A DNA stretch of 54,481 bases. It comes from an uncultured Dehalococcoidaceae bacterium. GTDB taxonomy: Bacteria > Chloroflexota > Dehalococcoidia > Dehalococcoidales > RBG-16-60-22. Below the pieces are notes generated by a model. It saw nothing but the letters and a program-made list of their open reading frames with translations, was not told the origin of the DNA and ran no database searches. Of the stretch, positions 27,101-37,016 are shown in pieces. The stretch's first letter is position 1. Each line of letters opens with the position of its first letter. The DNA is taken from positions 1 to 54,481 of the forward strand of contig CAYWZO010000005.1 of the NCBI GenBank assembly GCA_964462865.1, read 5' to 3'. Made by a program: the position numbers and the translations under genes.

Positions 27101-28285
27101 ATGAAGATATCCAAAATAGAATGCTTCCCGCTTAGCTTGGTTTACCCACCGCCCAGAAAGCGTACCGGCAAAGTCGTCCTGATAAAAATACATACCGACG
27201 AGGGTATCGTGGGGGTGGCCGAATGCGGAGATTTAATCAATACTTCGTACGACCAGGACATCGTGATGCTCATAATCAAAAGCTGGGAGCCTGTCCTGAT
27301 CGGGGCCAATCCCTTCGATAAAGAGCTTATCCTGGCTAAAATCAACCATCTTATCCATAACGTTACCGGCGGTCTGTCTTTCCCCAACGTGGTGGCACTG
27401 ATCGACTTCGCTTTATGGGACCTGGTGGGAAAGGCGTTGAACCAGCCCATTTACCAGCTCCTGGGGGGAAAAGCCTGTGACAAGCTGGCTGTCGATTACG
27501 TGATTGGCGACGTCGCCAACCTGTCACCCGCAGAGATAGCTAAAAAGGTAGAAAGGATTCTGGACAACGGCATCCGGACCGTTTGTCTCAAGGTGGGAGG
27601 TTTCTGGGGCAGCGATTTCGAACGCGATATCCTGAATGTGAAGACCGTTAGAAAAGCCATCGGCGACCGCGAAGACGTACACCTGTGCATCGATGCCAAC
27701 GGGGCCATGGATTACACCAAATCGCTGGAGCTAATCCGCCGCCTGGAGGACTGTAACCTGTACAAGTTCGAGCAGCCCACGTTTTCGTGGGACGTGGATG
27801 GCCTGGCGCGTTTACGCAAGAGTACCAAAGTCGCTATCTGCCCGCATGAGAGCAGTACCACGGTTTCTGCCCTGATGGAGGTCATTAAAAAAGACGCCGG
27901 CGACTTCGCAGGCACCAAGCTTGCCTGGGCGGGCGGTATCTCCGAGGGGGTGAAGTGGGGAGCCGTCGCCAAAGCGGCTGACCTAGGTGTGTATTGCGGC
28001 TCTATGAACGGGCCTTATGAGGCGGTGTTCCAGGCACAATGGCTGGCTTCAGACGCCTGGTACGGTAAACTTGCCCATGCCAATTTCTTTCCTATGATGT
28101 TCCATGATACCTTTGATACTACCCGCGACCTACAACGGGAAGATATCGTCGTCAGACCTATGGCCTACAAGGATGGCTACTTCTATCCGCCTGATGGGCC
28201 AGGCGTAGGTCTGGAGCTGAATGAAAAGGCCCTCCCTAATTTCATTACGCCGGGAATGAGCCCCATCACGATTGGGGGGAAATAG
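27101..28285 (+). CDS. Enolase superfamily protein (mandelate racemase/muconate lactonizing enzyme type)
   Basis: TDEGIVGVAE, IDFALWDLVGK, DANG, FEQP, PDGPGVG; AGGAG RBS before ATG 27101. Confidence 0.9.
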   Translation: MKISKIECFPLSLVYPPPRKRTGKVVLIKIHTDEGIVGVAECGDLINTSYDQDIVMLIIKSWEPVLIGANPFDKELILAKINHLIHNVTGGLSFPNVVALIDFALWDLVGKALNQPIYQLLGGKACDKLAVDYVIGDVANLSPAEIAKKVERILDNGIRTVCLKVGGFWGSDFERDILNVKTVRKAIGDREDVHLCIDANGAMDYTKSLELIRRLEDCNLYKFEQPTFSWDVDGLARLRKSTKVAICPHESSTTVSALMEVIKKDAGDFAGTKLAWAGGISEGVKWGAVAKAADLGVYCGSMNGPYEAVFQAQWLASDAWYGKLAHANFFPMMFHDTFDTTRDLQREDIVVRPMAYKDGYFYPPDGPGVGLELNEKALPNFITPGMSPITIGGK

Positions 28286-28442
28286 CACACCTTCGACTGT
28301 ACAGGACCTTATTCAACTAAAAAGAATAAGCGACTACAAAACGCCGGGAGGTGTCAGGTTCCGGCGCCAGAGGCTATTCTGACTGTGACTTAAGAAGTGG
28401 TATCATTATTGGGGGCAGGTCAGAAAAAGGAAGGCTATTAAT

Positions 28443-31118
28443 ATGACAAACGATTTATTTGAAGACCGTCATGAGGCCGGTCATCACCAGAAAAAAGCGC
28501 AGGCAGGATTGGACAAAACTGTATATAAATCACTTGGCCTTATGGGCTTGATGGGTGGTGGAGGACCTTGCGCCGTGGATGTCAGGAACGGAAAGATACT
28601 GAGAGTCAGGCCATTACATTTCGACTCTAAATATACCCGCGAGCATATCGAAGTCTTTAAGTTTAAAAGGAACGGCAAGGTCTTCGAGCCGTTGCTGAAA
28701 TCTTTGCCTTACCCGATTGCGCTGGCCTACAAGAAACGGTCTTATTCCCCTAACCGTATCAAATACCCGCTCCAGCGCATTGACTGGGACCCGGCCGGAG
28801 ACAGGCATGCCGAGAACCGTGGTATAAGCAAATATAAAAGAATATCCTGGGATGAAGCTGCCTCCATCATCGCCGGGGAAATCAGGAGGATTCAAAGGCA
28901 GTACGGTACGGCGGCCATCCTGGCCCAGGCGGACGGCCATGCAGAGTGCAAGAGTGTCCATGCCCCTCACGGTTGTCAAACACTCCTCCTCAGTAAAATC
29001 GGGGAATATACGCAGCAGGTAAGGAACCCGGATAGCTGGGAAGGCTGGTACTGGGGCTCGATGCACGTATGGGGCGATGGTGACGTCGGTTTGATGAACC
29101 CGAGTTTGAACACGGCCAAAGACTGCACCGAACACTCGGAAATGCTGCTTTTTTGGGGATGTGACCCGGAAACGACGCCCGGCGGGGCCGGTTCACAGTC
29201 AGCCTCCGCTTTATGCTTTTTCTGGTCGCAGGTGGGCATCAAACAGGTTTATATCTGCCCCGATTTAAACTACGGTGCCGCCGTCCATGCCGATAAATGG
29301 ATACCGGTGCTGCCCAATACGGACGCGGCCATGCAATTGGCGATAATCTACACGTGGCTTACCGAGGGCACCTATGACAAAGAATACATAAAAACTCACA
29401 CGGTGGGGCTGGAAAAAGTAGCCGATTATGTCCTGGGCAGGGAAGACGGTATACCCAAAACTCCGGCCTGGGCATCGGCGAAGTGTGGCGTCCCGGAGTG
29501 GACGATAAAAGCCCTGGCCAGGGAGTTTGCCTCTAAAACAACTTCGATTATGCATGTGCTCGGCGGCTCATTTATTAGAGGTCCCTATTCCACCGAGCCT
29601 GCCCGGCTGGAATCCATCTTGCTGGGCATGCAGGGGTTGGGGAAACCGGGCGTCCACCAGTGCGCTAACGTCGGCACTCTGCCCAGGACTTCCTGGATGT
29701 CGCGAACTTCCCTGCATATACATAATCTGGCGTCTCAAGCCGCCCGGGACGCTGCTAATAACCGTATTCTCCGTCCGCACCTGGCTACCCGCAACGTCTT
29801 CACCAAGCAGCAACTCCCCAAGACGCTCATTCAAGAAGCCATCCTCAATCCTCCCGTCAGTTTTTGGGGCAACGGTGCCATCGATTCTCCGCGCGAAGAC
29901 CAATTTAAAAAGTACACTTATCCCCTCCGCAGTGAAGAGGGAGGGTCGGAAATACACATGATATGGACTGACACCCCTTGCCGCACCACCTGCTGGAATA
30001 ACGGCAACAGGACTATCGAAGCCCTGAGAAGTCCCAAGATTGAATGTATCGTGGCCCAGCACCCCTGGCTGGAAAACGACTGCCTGCTGGCGGATATTAT
30101 CCTGCCCACCAACACTACCATGGAAGTAGAAGATATTATGGCTAACACCCGGGGTAATATACCCTGCGCGGCAGTCACTTACCAGGAAAAGGCGATTGAA
30201 CCTATCGGAGAATCCAAGAGCGACTATGAAGCAGTCCTGGAAGTAGCCAAGAAGCTGGATCTATATGATAAAGTGACAGGTGGTAAGACTGCGGAAGAGT
30301 GGATTAAGGATGTTTTTGATACCAATATGGCCAATTTTGTAAGCTGGGAAGAACTAAGAGAAAAGGGGTATTATCCTTTCCCGGCGGCCAGGGACTGGGA
30401 AGATGACCCGCCTGGCCTGAGAAAATTTTATGAAGACCCTGTAAAAAATCCCCTGTCCACGCCAAGCGGAAAACTGGAGTTTTACTCCGCGAGAATAGCA
30501 CAGGTTTTTCCCGATGACCCTGAAAGACCACCGGTTCCCAGATGGATTGAAAAGGGGATTACTCATGATGAGAGGCTTTCCAGTGAAAGAGCCAGGATGT
30601 TTCCTTTGCTCCTGATGTCCAATCATGGTAGGTGGAGGGTGCATGCTCAATGTGATGATATATCTTGGACCAGGGAAGCTCCCACCTGCAAAGTCAAAGG
30701 TTGGGATGGCTACATGTATGAGCCACTCTGGATTAACCCGAAGGACGCGGAAACAAGAAGCATTAAGACTGGAGATATTGTTAAAATCTACAATGAAAGA
30801 GGCACGGTGCTTGGTGGAGCCTATGTAACTGAGAGACTGATGCCAGGGGTTGCCTATATTGACCATGGGGCGAGGTGTGATTGGATTATTCCGGGAAAGC
30901 TGGACCGAGGAGGCGCTATTAACTTGATTTCTCCATGCGGAATTATTTCCCAGCATGCTGGTGGAGAAGCTACCAGCGCCTACCTTGTGGAGGTGGAAAA
31001 AGTAAGCATGCAGCAAATGGATGAGTGGAAGAGGCAATATACCGATGCATTTGAAAGACAGTATAACCCGGCGTCCGGGTTGCAGTTTAACGCCTGGGTC
31101 GAAGGAGGAATAGACTAA
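28443..31118 (+). CDS. Mo/W-bisPGD oxidoreductase, pyrogallol transhydroxylase large subunit (AthL)-like clade
   Basis: NPDSWEGW Ser-ligand motif, PNTDAA, ADIILP, TPSGKLEFYS, HAQ; no N-terminal FeS Cys motif; no Tat signal. Confidence 0.88.
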   Translation: MTNDLFEDRHEAGHHQKKAQAGLDKTVYKSLGLMGLMGGGGPCAVDVRNGKILRVRPLHFDSKYTREHIEVFKFKRNGKVFEPLLKSLPYPIALAYKKRSYSPNRIKYPLQRIDWDPAGDRHAENRGISKYKRISWDEAASIIAGEIRRIQRQYGTAAILAQADGHAECKSVHAPHGCQTLLLSKIGEYTQQVRNPDSWEGWYWGSMHVWGDGDVGLMNPSLNTAKDCTEHSEMLLFWGCDPETTPGGAGSQSASALCFFWSQVGIKQVYICPDLNYGAAVHADKWIPVLPNTDAAMQLAIIYTWLTEGTYDKEYIKTHTVGLEKVADYVLGREDGIPKTPAWASAKCGVPEWTIKALAREFASKTTSIMHVLGGSFIRGPYSTEPARLESILLGMQGLGKPGVHQCANVGTLPRTSWMSRTSLHIHNLASQAARDAANNRILRPHLATRNVFTKQQLPKTLIQEAILNPPVSFWGNGAIDSPREDQFKKYTYPLRSEEGGSEIHMIWTDTPCRTTCWNNGNRTIEALRSPKIECIVAQHPWLENDCLLADIILPTNTTMEVEDIMANTRGNIPCAAVTYQEKAIEPIGESKSDYEAVLEVAKKLDLYDKVTGGKTAEEWIKDVFDTNMANFVSWEELREKGYYPFPAARDWEDDPPGLRKFYEDPVKNPLSTPSGKLEFYSARIAQVFPDDPERPPVPRWIEKGITHDERLSSERARMFPLLLMSNHGRWRVHAQCDDISWTREAPTCKVKGWDGYMYEPLWINPKDAETRSIKTGDIVKIYNERGTVLGGAYVTERLMPGVAYIDHGARCDWIIPGKLDRGGAINLISPCGIISQHAGGEATSAYLVEVEKVSMQQMDEWKRQYTDAFERQYNPASGLQFNAWVEGGID

Positions 31119-31128
31119 TTTTAATAAG

Positions 31129-32223
31129 GTGGACGATATGTCGCAACGCAAGGCAGCCATGACTGAAGGGCAACGCTTGGCCGCTGTATTAAACCGGGAA
31201 AAGCCAGACAGGGTCCCTAACTGGCCTTTTTTTGATTTAACCGGTTTTTCTGCCGTATACCACCAGCGTCCTGTTGCGGCTGCGTACCTTGACCCCCGGG
31301 AGTCGCTGGATATGCAGCGCGCCGTCTGCCGGGACTTCCAATGGATATGCAGCCCCTTCTTCGCACTCTTTGGTGCTAACGAGTTCGGCGGTGAGGTGAA
31401 ATTACCGGATAGCCAGTATGCGCAGGCCCCGACCATTACCCGTTTCCCTGTGGAAAAGGAAGAAGACGTCCGGAAGCTAAAGATACCGGATATCAAGAAT
31501 TCGCCCAGCGTCGCCAGGGAGATTGAGTTCTATCAAATAGCGTCTAAAGAGCGCTTTGACAACGAGCCGTTCCGGGTTTATCTACCAAGCATCGAACCTT
31601 TTGGCTTTGTTGGCAAGTTATGCCGGCTGGAACTGCTAGCCAGGTGGATGCTCCGGAAACCGGAGATCGTCCTGGAGTTATTGCAGTTCGCTGATAGCTA
31701 TCTAGCAGAGATGATAAAACACTGGCGCGATATCTTCGGCACGGAAGACGTTATCGCCAGGAGCGGCGGTGTAATATCGAGTAACCAGCTAATCTCCCCG
31801 CGACTGTTCGAGCGGTTCGTGTTTCCTTTCCTGAAGGAGAGCCACCGGAAAGTGCTGGAAATGGGCTATCGGCACATCTACTGCCATATCTGTGGTGACC
31901 ATAACATGAATATGAAGTATTGGGCGCAGGTCCCTATGGGGGACCCCGGAATAGTAAGTATCGGCCATGAGGTGGAACTGGAAACGGCAGCGCAATATTT
32001 CCCCGACGACATCATCCTGGGCAACCTGGAGCCATCAATCCTGCAGACGGGCACAGCGGATGAGGTCTATGAAGCCACCAGGAAGGTGGTTGAAAAAGGA
32101 AAAAGGTTGTCTGGTGGCTATATCTTCTCATTGGGTTGCCAGTTTCCTCCGAGGGCTAGCCTGGATAACGCCCGCGCCATGAACCAGGCCATTGAGGATT
32201 ACGGGTGGTACGATAAGGTCTGA
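31129..32223 (+). CDS. UroD-fold methyltransferase (MtaA/CmuA-like)
   Basis: PDRVP, ISPRLFERF, CHICGD, ILGNLEP, LGCQ; start may be ATG 31138. Confidence 0.85.
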   Translation: MDDMSQRKAAMTEGQRLAAVLNREKPDRVPNWPFFDLTGFSAVYHQRPVAAAYLDPRESLDMQRAVCRDFQWICSPFFALFGANEFGGEVKLPDSQYAQAPTITRFPVEKEEDVRKLKIPDIKNSPSVAREIEFYQIASKERFDNEPFRVYLPSIEPFGFVGKLCRLELLARWMLRKPEIVLELLQFADSYLAEMIKHWRDIFGTEDVIARSGGVISSNQLISPRLFERFVFPFLKESHRKVLEMGYRHIYCHICGDHNMNMKYWAQVPMGDPGIVSIGHEVELETAAQYFPDDIILGNLEPSILQTGTADEVYEATRKVVEKGKRLSGGYIFSLGCQFPPRASLDNARAMNQAIEDYGWYDKV

Positions 32224-32236
32224 TTAATGGATAAAG

Positions 32237-32908
32237 GTGGTAAAGAGAATGGCTAGCGAAGCAAGGAAACAAGAACTGATAAAGTCAATTTACCACGCGG
32301 TCATTGACATGGATGAAGCGAAAACACGCAAGCTCTGCCTGGAGGCTCTTGATGAGGGGATTGACGCTTACCATACCGTAACTCATGGGCTAACAGCGGC
32401 GATGGACAGGGTGGGTGTGCTCTACGCCGAAAGAACATATTTTGTCCCGGAGCTTTTGCTGTGCTCGGATGCGCTTTACGCAGGACTGGAGGTGTTACGC
32501 CCGTACCTCAAGATAAACGAACTGGCCACCAGGAGGCAGATTATCATCGGCACCGTTGAAGGCGATATCCATGATATCGGCAAGAACCTGGTGAAGATAA
32601 TGTTCGAGGCCGCCGGCTGGGAGGTGCGCGACTTGGGGAGGGATGTCGCTTTACCAAGATTCCTCGAGGAATATAAAAAGCAACGCGCCGATATCATCGC
32701 CATTTCTGCCCTGATGACGACGAGCATGCTGGCCATGCCCAGAGTAATCAAGATGGTCAGGGCGGAGTACCCGGATGTAGCCATCATGGTTGGCGGCGCT
32801 CCCCTGACCAGGGAGATAGCTACAAGTTATGGAGCCGACGGCTACGCCGAGAATGCCGGGACAGCCGTGCCCGAAGCGCAAACGATGCTGGCAAGGCTGG
32901 GTAAATGA
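32237..32908 (+). CDS. Corrinoid (B12-binding) protein
   Basis: GTVEGDIHDIGKNLV (DxHxxG), SALMTT, MVGGAP, GADGY; N-terminal cap domain. Confidence 0.93.
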   Translation: MVKRMASEARKQELIKSIYHAVIDMDEAKTRKLCLEALDEGIDAYHTVTHGLTAAMDRVGVLYAERTYFVPELLLCSDALYAGLEVLRPYLKINELATRRQIIIGTVEGDIHDIGKNLVKIMFEAAGWEVRDLGRDVALPRFLEEYKKQRADIIAISALMTTSMLAMPRVIKMVRAEYPDVAIMVGGAPLTREIATSYGADGYAENAGTAVPEAQTMLARLGK

Positions 32909-33963
32909 AACGGGATAAAATGACACCGAAGGAAAGGTTGACAGCCTTCAGGAAGGGAGAAGCGACAGACCGCGTACCGTTTTTGTCTTTCACCCTCGGT
33001 TTTTGCGCCAGGAATGTCGGCTATCCGGTATCGGCCATCTACGCCGACCCGGAGAAAAGCTTTCGCGCGCAGCTGCGGACCAGGGAGCAGTACGGCTGTG
33101 ACAGCGAGCCTTTTTTTGGTTACGCCTCTTACGGGGGCTGGGAGTTCGGTGGAGAAATTGAGCTACCCGACGGGGAATACGAACAGGCACCATCCCACGG
33201 ACGGTTCGCCGTTAATGACGCGACGGATGTAGAGAAGCTTCAAAGGCCCGACGTGGCAACGGCGGGCATGCTGCCACTGGCGATGCAATTCTCACGGATA
33301 CAGGAAAAAAACGGCATCGGGCCCTCGGTAGTCGTCGGCGGGCCTTTAACTATCTCGGCAAATATCTGCCCGGTAGCCACACTATGCCGATGGATGGTAA
33401 AAAAGCCAGAGCTGGTGCAAAGACTCCTTCGGCTGGCTACCGATCATATCCTGGATATCGCACGCTACTGGATAAAGAGCTTCGGCAGGGGCCGGGTAGG
33501 AATGCAGATATGGGAGCCGGTGGCAACAAATGACCTCATTTCCCCCAAGCAATTCGAAAATCTGGTATTACCTTATCAGGTTGAACTACATGAAAAGCTA
33601 TTGAAAATGGGCATCCTCTATATTCTCTGCCATATCTGCGGGGAACAGATATTAAACCTTCCCGCCTGGGCAAGCGTACCGATGGATAATGGCATCGTCA
33701 GCGTCGGTCAAGAAATCGATATAGATACGGCGATAAAATACTTTGGGGACAGGTGTGCTATTGCCGGTAATATTGAGCCGGCGTTACTTCAGACCGGGAC
33801 GCCCGATGAAATCTGCGAACTCTGCCGGAGGGCCATCGAAAAGGGAAAGCGTGCCCCGCACGGCTATGCCCTGATGCCAGGGTGCGAAGTGCCGGTGAAT
33901 ACCCCGCCCGATAACCTTTACGCGATGAAAAAGGCTGTTAGCGAATTTGGCTGGTATGAATAA
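32905..33963 (+). CDS. UroD-fold methyltransferase (MtaA/CmuA-like)
   Basis: MTPKERL...DRVP, ISPKQFE, CHICGE, IAGNIEP, PGCEV; start overlaps the corrinoid gene stop. Confidence 0.87.
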   Translation: MKRDKMTPKERLTAFRKGEATDRVPFLSFTLGFCARNVGYPVSAIYADPEKSFRAQLRTREQYGCDSEPFFGYASYGGWEFGGEIELPDGEYEQAPSHGRFAVNDATDVEKLQRPDVATAGMLPLAMQFSRIQEKNGIGPSVVVGGPLTISANICPVATLCRWMVKKPELVQRLLRLATDHILDIARYWIKSFGRGRVGMQIWEPVATNDLISPKQFENLVLPYQVELHEKLLKMGILYILCHICGEQILNLPAWASVPMDNGIVSVGQEIDIDTAIKYFGDRCAIAGNIEPALLQTGTPDEICELCRRAIEKGKRAPHGYALMPGCEVPVNTPPDNLYAMKKAVSEFGWYE

Positions 33964-34086
33964 GGTCTCTGATTGCCGTCCATCTGAAGGGTAAAATCAG
34001 AAACAGGTTTGATAACCGACTTAAAGGTTCTTTGATTCTTTACGCTCACCCCCGCCAGAAAAAATATAATCCCTGACAAAGTTAAT

Positions 34087-34647
34087 TCATGATAATTTTT
34101 CTACCCGTTTCAAGATAATGAGCGCAGGTCGGGTCGGCCCGGGATATCGCTCTGATATCTTCCCCTTTGCCGTTTCAATGGGTGCGTTGATATCACCAAA
34201 CCTAAGGGCCCCGGTCGGGCAGTGGACAGCGCAAAAAGGTTCCGAACCGAGTCCGGTACAATAATCGCATTTCTGCATCTTACCATCCTGCCCGAATTGT
34301 GGCATACCGTAAGGGCAGGCGGTGAAGCACTCTTTACAGCCGTTGCATTTTTCATCGTCGACCAGCACCAGTCCGTCTTCAGATCGTTTATAGATGGCTC
34401 CGGTAGGACAGATACTCATACACGCCGGCTCGGCACAATGCATGCAGGATATCGACAAAAAAGTCCTTTTTACCTCGGGAAACTCACCTTGCCATGCTTC
34501 CTGGGTCTTTCGCCAGTAGAGTCCGGCTTCAATGTTACGCGCACTTTTGCAGGCTGCCTCACAGGTACGACAGCGGACACACCTGCTCTGGTCATAAATA
34601 AAACCTAGTTGGACCGGCATATCTTCAATCATGTTGGAATTATTCAT
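34087..34647 (-). CDS. 4Fe-4S dicluster electron-transfer subunit (DmsB-like)
   Basis: CVRCRTC, CMHCAEPAC, CNGCKECFTACP, KCDYC...CAVHCP; start overlaps the Mo-enzyme stop. Confidence 0.92.
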   Translation of the reverse strand: MNNSNMIEDMPVQLGFIYDQSRCVRCRTCEAACKSARNIEAGLYWRKTQEAWQGEFPEVKRTFLSISCMHCAEPACMSICPTGAIYKRSEDGLVLVDDEKCNGCKECFTACPYGMPQFGQDGKMQKCDYCTGLGSEPFCAVHCPTGALRFGDINAPIETAKGKISERYPGPTRPALIILKRVEKLS

Positions 34648-36821
34648 GCGGATAGTTTCATGACCTCAACAAGAGTCTGTTTTGGCATCGCCGTAACGAC
34701 CGGGTCAAATGCCTTTTCAGGGTCAGTGGTGTACAGCAAGTTCGTATTAGCGCCTCCATCGAGTAGATCATAACCCGACAATCCGAGTTCATCACAACCC
34801 TGCCACCAGCCGTGAAGACCCATAACAACTTTAGGGTTTATACCGGGGAATAGTACTGCCTTGGCCTTAATCCGGCCATGGGGAGACTCTACGGTAGTCC
34901 AATCGCCGTTTTCAATACCACGTTCTTTAGCCGTATCGGGATGTATGTATATCCAGGGGTCCGGCTCCAACTCACGCAGCAGGGGGATATTACGCAACCA
35001 GCCGTGATTATATACATCAGATGTGTGAGTATCGAAAAAAACGAGGGGATATTTTGTCAGGAGTTCGGGCGTGCTGGATGGTCCTTCCGGAGGGGCTGTC
35101 CATTCAGGTAGTGGATTAAACCCGTTTTCCTCAAAACCTGTATTAAATATAGCGACTTTACCCTGCGGGAGATAAGGGGCTTTAGAAAGCCGGGGACTGG
35201 GAGTGGCGAATGTCTTTTCATATTTCTCAAAGACCATCGGTCCCGGTTCGTAGATGATTCCGGTGGGGTATTTTCTCAATTCCTCCATTGTCATGCCGAA
35301 GTTTTCCAGCTGGTAATTCATGCACGCTATTATGTCGCCGTTCCAGAAGTCATCCCCGTAACCCATCTTTATGGCGAGGTCGAGCCAGAATTGAAAGTCA
35401 GATTTATAATTTCCCAGGGGCTCGATAACCTTATTTCTGGCCATTATCCAGTTCTTGGTAACCTCAAAGGGATGGTCGCATTCATACATACTGGTAACAG
35501 GAATGACAACGTCTGCCCATGGCATTGATGCGTTCTCCATAACGTCGATGACTACAAAGAAATCAAGTTTTTTCAGGGCTTCGATGACTCTCGGGGTCCC
35601 GCGGGTGATTACGGTGGGTTGAGTTCCAGGAGCGATGATTGTTTTCACAGGGTACGGCTTTTCGGTGAGGACACTGTCAAGACAACGGAAATAGGCGGAA
35701 GAGGTGCCTTCGGTGAATGGCTGGAAACAACTTGCTATCTCCGGGCCGACAAGATTGTCTACCCACTGTTGAGTATATTTTTCCCGGATGTGGACAGGTT
35801 TTAGTACTGGCATGGTTCCCGGAACGGGAATAACGTTTCCGCCAGGCCTATCGAGATTGCCGGTGATGGCGATCAACGTCGCGATGGCACGTACAGCATT
35901 GTTTGAATTTACCGTCTGATCAAAGGCATTGCCAACCCGGATACAGGCTGATTTTGCACTGCCGTACATCCGGCTTACTTCACGTATCCGGGCTGCCGGA
36001 ATTCCGGTTATGGGAGCGGCCCATTCCGGGGTATACTTCTGGACATGGCTTTTAAGTTGATCAAAACCATAACACCACTTGGTTACAAAATTTTTATCAT
36101 ATAGTTCCTCGGTAATAATGACGTTTAACATCGCCAGGGCCAAAGCCGCATCCGTTCCCGGTATAACCGGAATCCAGACATCCGCCTTGGCGGCGTCTGG
36201 CTGTAGCGCGGGTTTGATTACGATCAATTTGGCACCCTGCTCCCGGGCATTCAAAATTCGGTAGAAATCTCCTCGTGGAGTTCCGGAGTAAGCGGGGTTT
36301 GCTCCCCAAATGATGATCAAGTCAGTATTATCATAATCTTCTGTGAGCCGTGGCGCGCCCAGGGTATAGGCAAATCCGAAGGCGCGCTGGATCGCGCAGA
36401 TACCGCTATGGCCATAGTTTGGACTTCCATGTACCATGAGGAACCGGTAAAGATAATCGCTGTAGGTTCGCCTCTGGGGGGAAAGAATTGCCAGAGTTTT
36501 CGGTCCATATATTTCCTTCTGTTCGAGAAGCTTCCCAGAAATGATATCGATAGCTTCGTCCCAATCAATTCTCTTGAATTTTCCTTTCCCTTTTTCACCT
36601 GCCCTCTTTAATGGGTACCTCAATCGCTGTGGAGAATATAACCATTGGGCTGATGCAAATGCCTTGGCGCACAGTTTCCCTCGATTGATGGGAGATTCCT
36701 TCATTCCTTCGATTCTAACGAGTCTTCCATCCTTAACATAACAATTAATGCCACACCCCGCACTGGGACCGCATAGCGAACAAAATGTCCGTATTAATTG
36801 TTCTTTAGAATTTGATTTCAT
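34644..36821 (-). CDS. Mo/W-bisPGD oxidoreductase with N-terminal 4Fe-4S, probably Cys-ligated
   Basis: CSLC...GC...LCAK cluster motif, GSPNYGHSGIC, WGANP, PGTDAA, ITGNLDRPGG; no Tat signal. Confidence 0.9.
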   Translation of the reverse strand: MKSNSKEQLIRTFCSLCGPSAGCGINCYVKDGRLVRIEGMKESPINRGKLCAKAFASAQWLYSPQRLRYPLKRAGEKGKGKFKRIDWDEAIDIISGKLLEQKEIYGPKTLAILSPQRRTYSDYLYRFLMVHGSPNYGHSGICAIQRAFGFAYTLGAPRLTEDYDNTDLIIIWGANPAYSGTPRGDFYRILNAREQGAKLIVIKPALQPDAAKADVWIPVIPGTDAALALAMLNVIITEELYDKNFVTKWCYGFDQLKSHVQKYTPEWAAPITGIPAARIREVSRMYGSAKSACIRVGNAFDQTVNSNNAVRAIATLIAITGNLDRPGGNVIPVPGTMPVLKPVHIREKYTQQWVDNLVGPEIASCFQPFTEGTSSAYFRCLDSVLTEKPYPVKTIIAPGTQPTVITRGTPRVIEALKKLDFFVVIDVMENASMPWADVVIPVTSMYECDHPFEVTKNWIMARNKVIEPLGNYKSDFQFWLDLAIKMGYGDDFWNGDIIACMNYQLENFGMTMEELRKYPTGIIYEPGPMVFEKYEKTFATPSPRLSKAPYLPQGKVAIFNTGFEENGFNPLPEWTAPPEGPSSTPELLTKYPLVFFDTHTSDVYNHGWLRNIPLLRELEPDPWIYIHPDTAKERGIENGDWTTVESPHGRIKAKAVLFPGINPKVVMGLHGWWQGCDELGLSGYDLLDGGANTNLLYTTDPEKAFDPVVTAMPKQTLVEVMKLSA

Positions 36822-37016
36822 TACTATCTCTTAGTGAGTAATCATTATCAATTTTATCATTTATTCCGTTATTATACGAAATCAAAGTTACTTGCGGTCG
36901 TTCATAAATAAGATTGTTGTTCAAGGAACCGAGGGCAAGATCTGCTATAAGCCGCCGGTGCCGCCGAAATGGCAAGAAAACGATGAGTTTTCAGTTCTGC
37001 CTATTGAACCCCCGAG

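Noticed and set aside
28286-28442. Cobalamin or Moco riboswitch upstream of the Mo-enzyme/corrinoid genes
   Set aside because: Only two short hairpins; I could not see the conserved riboswitch cores. An Infernal scan is needed to exclude it fully.
34644-36821. Call as acetylene hydratase
   Set aside because: The catalytic Asp next to the FeS cysteine is Gly here.
36838-36866. Possible Fur box (GATAATGAT-like on the minus strand)
   Set aside because: Only about half of the 19-bp consensus matches in very AT-rich DNA.
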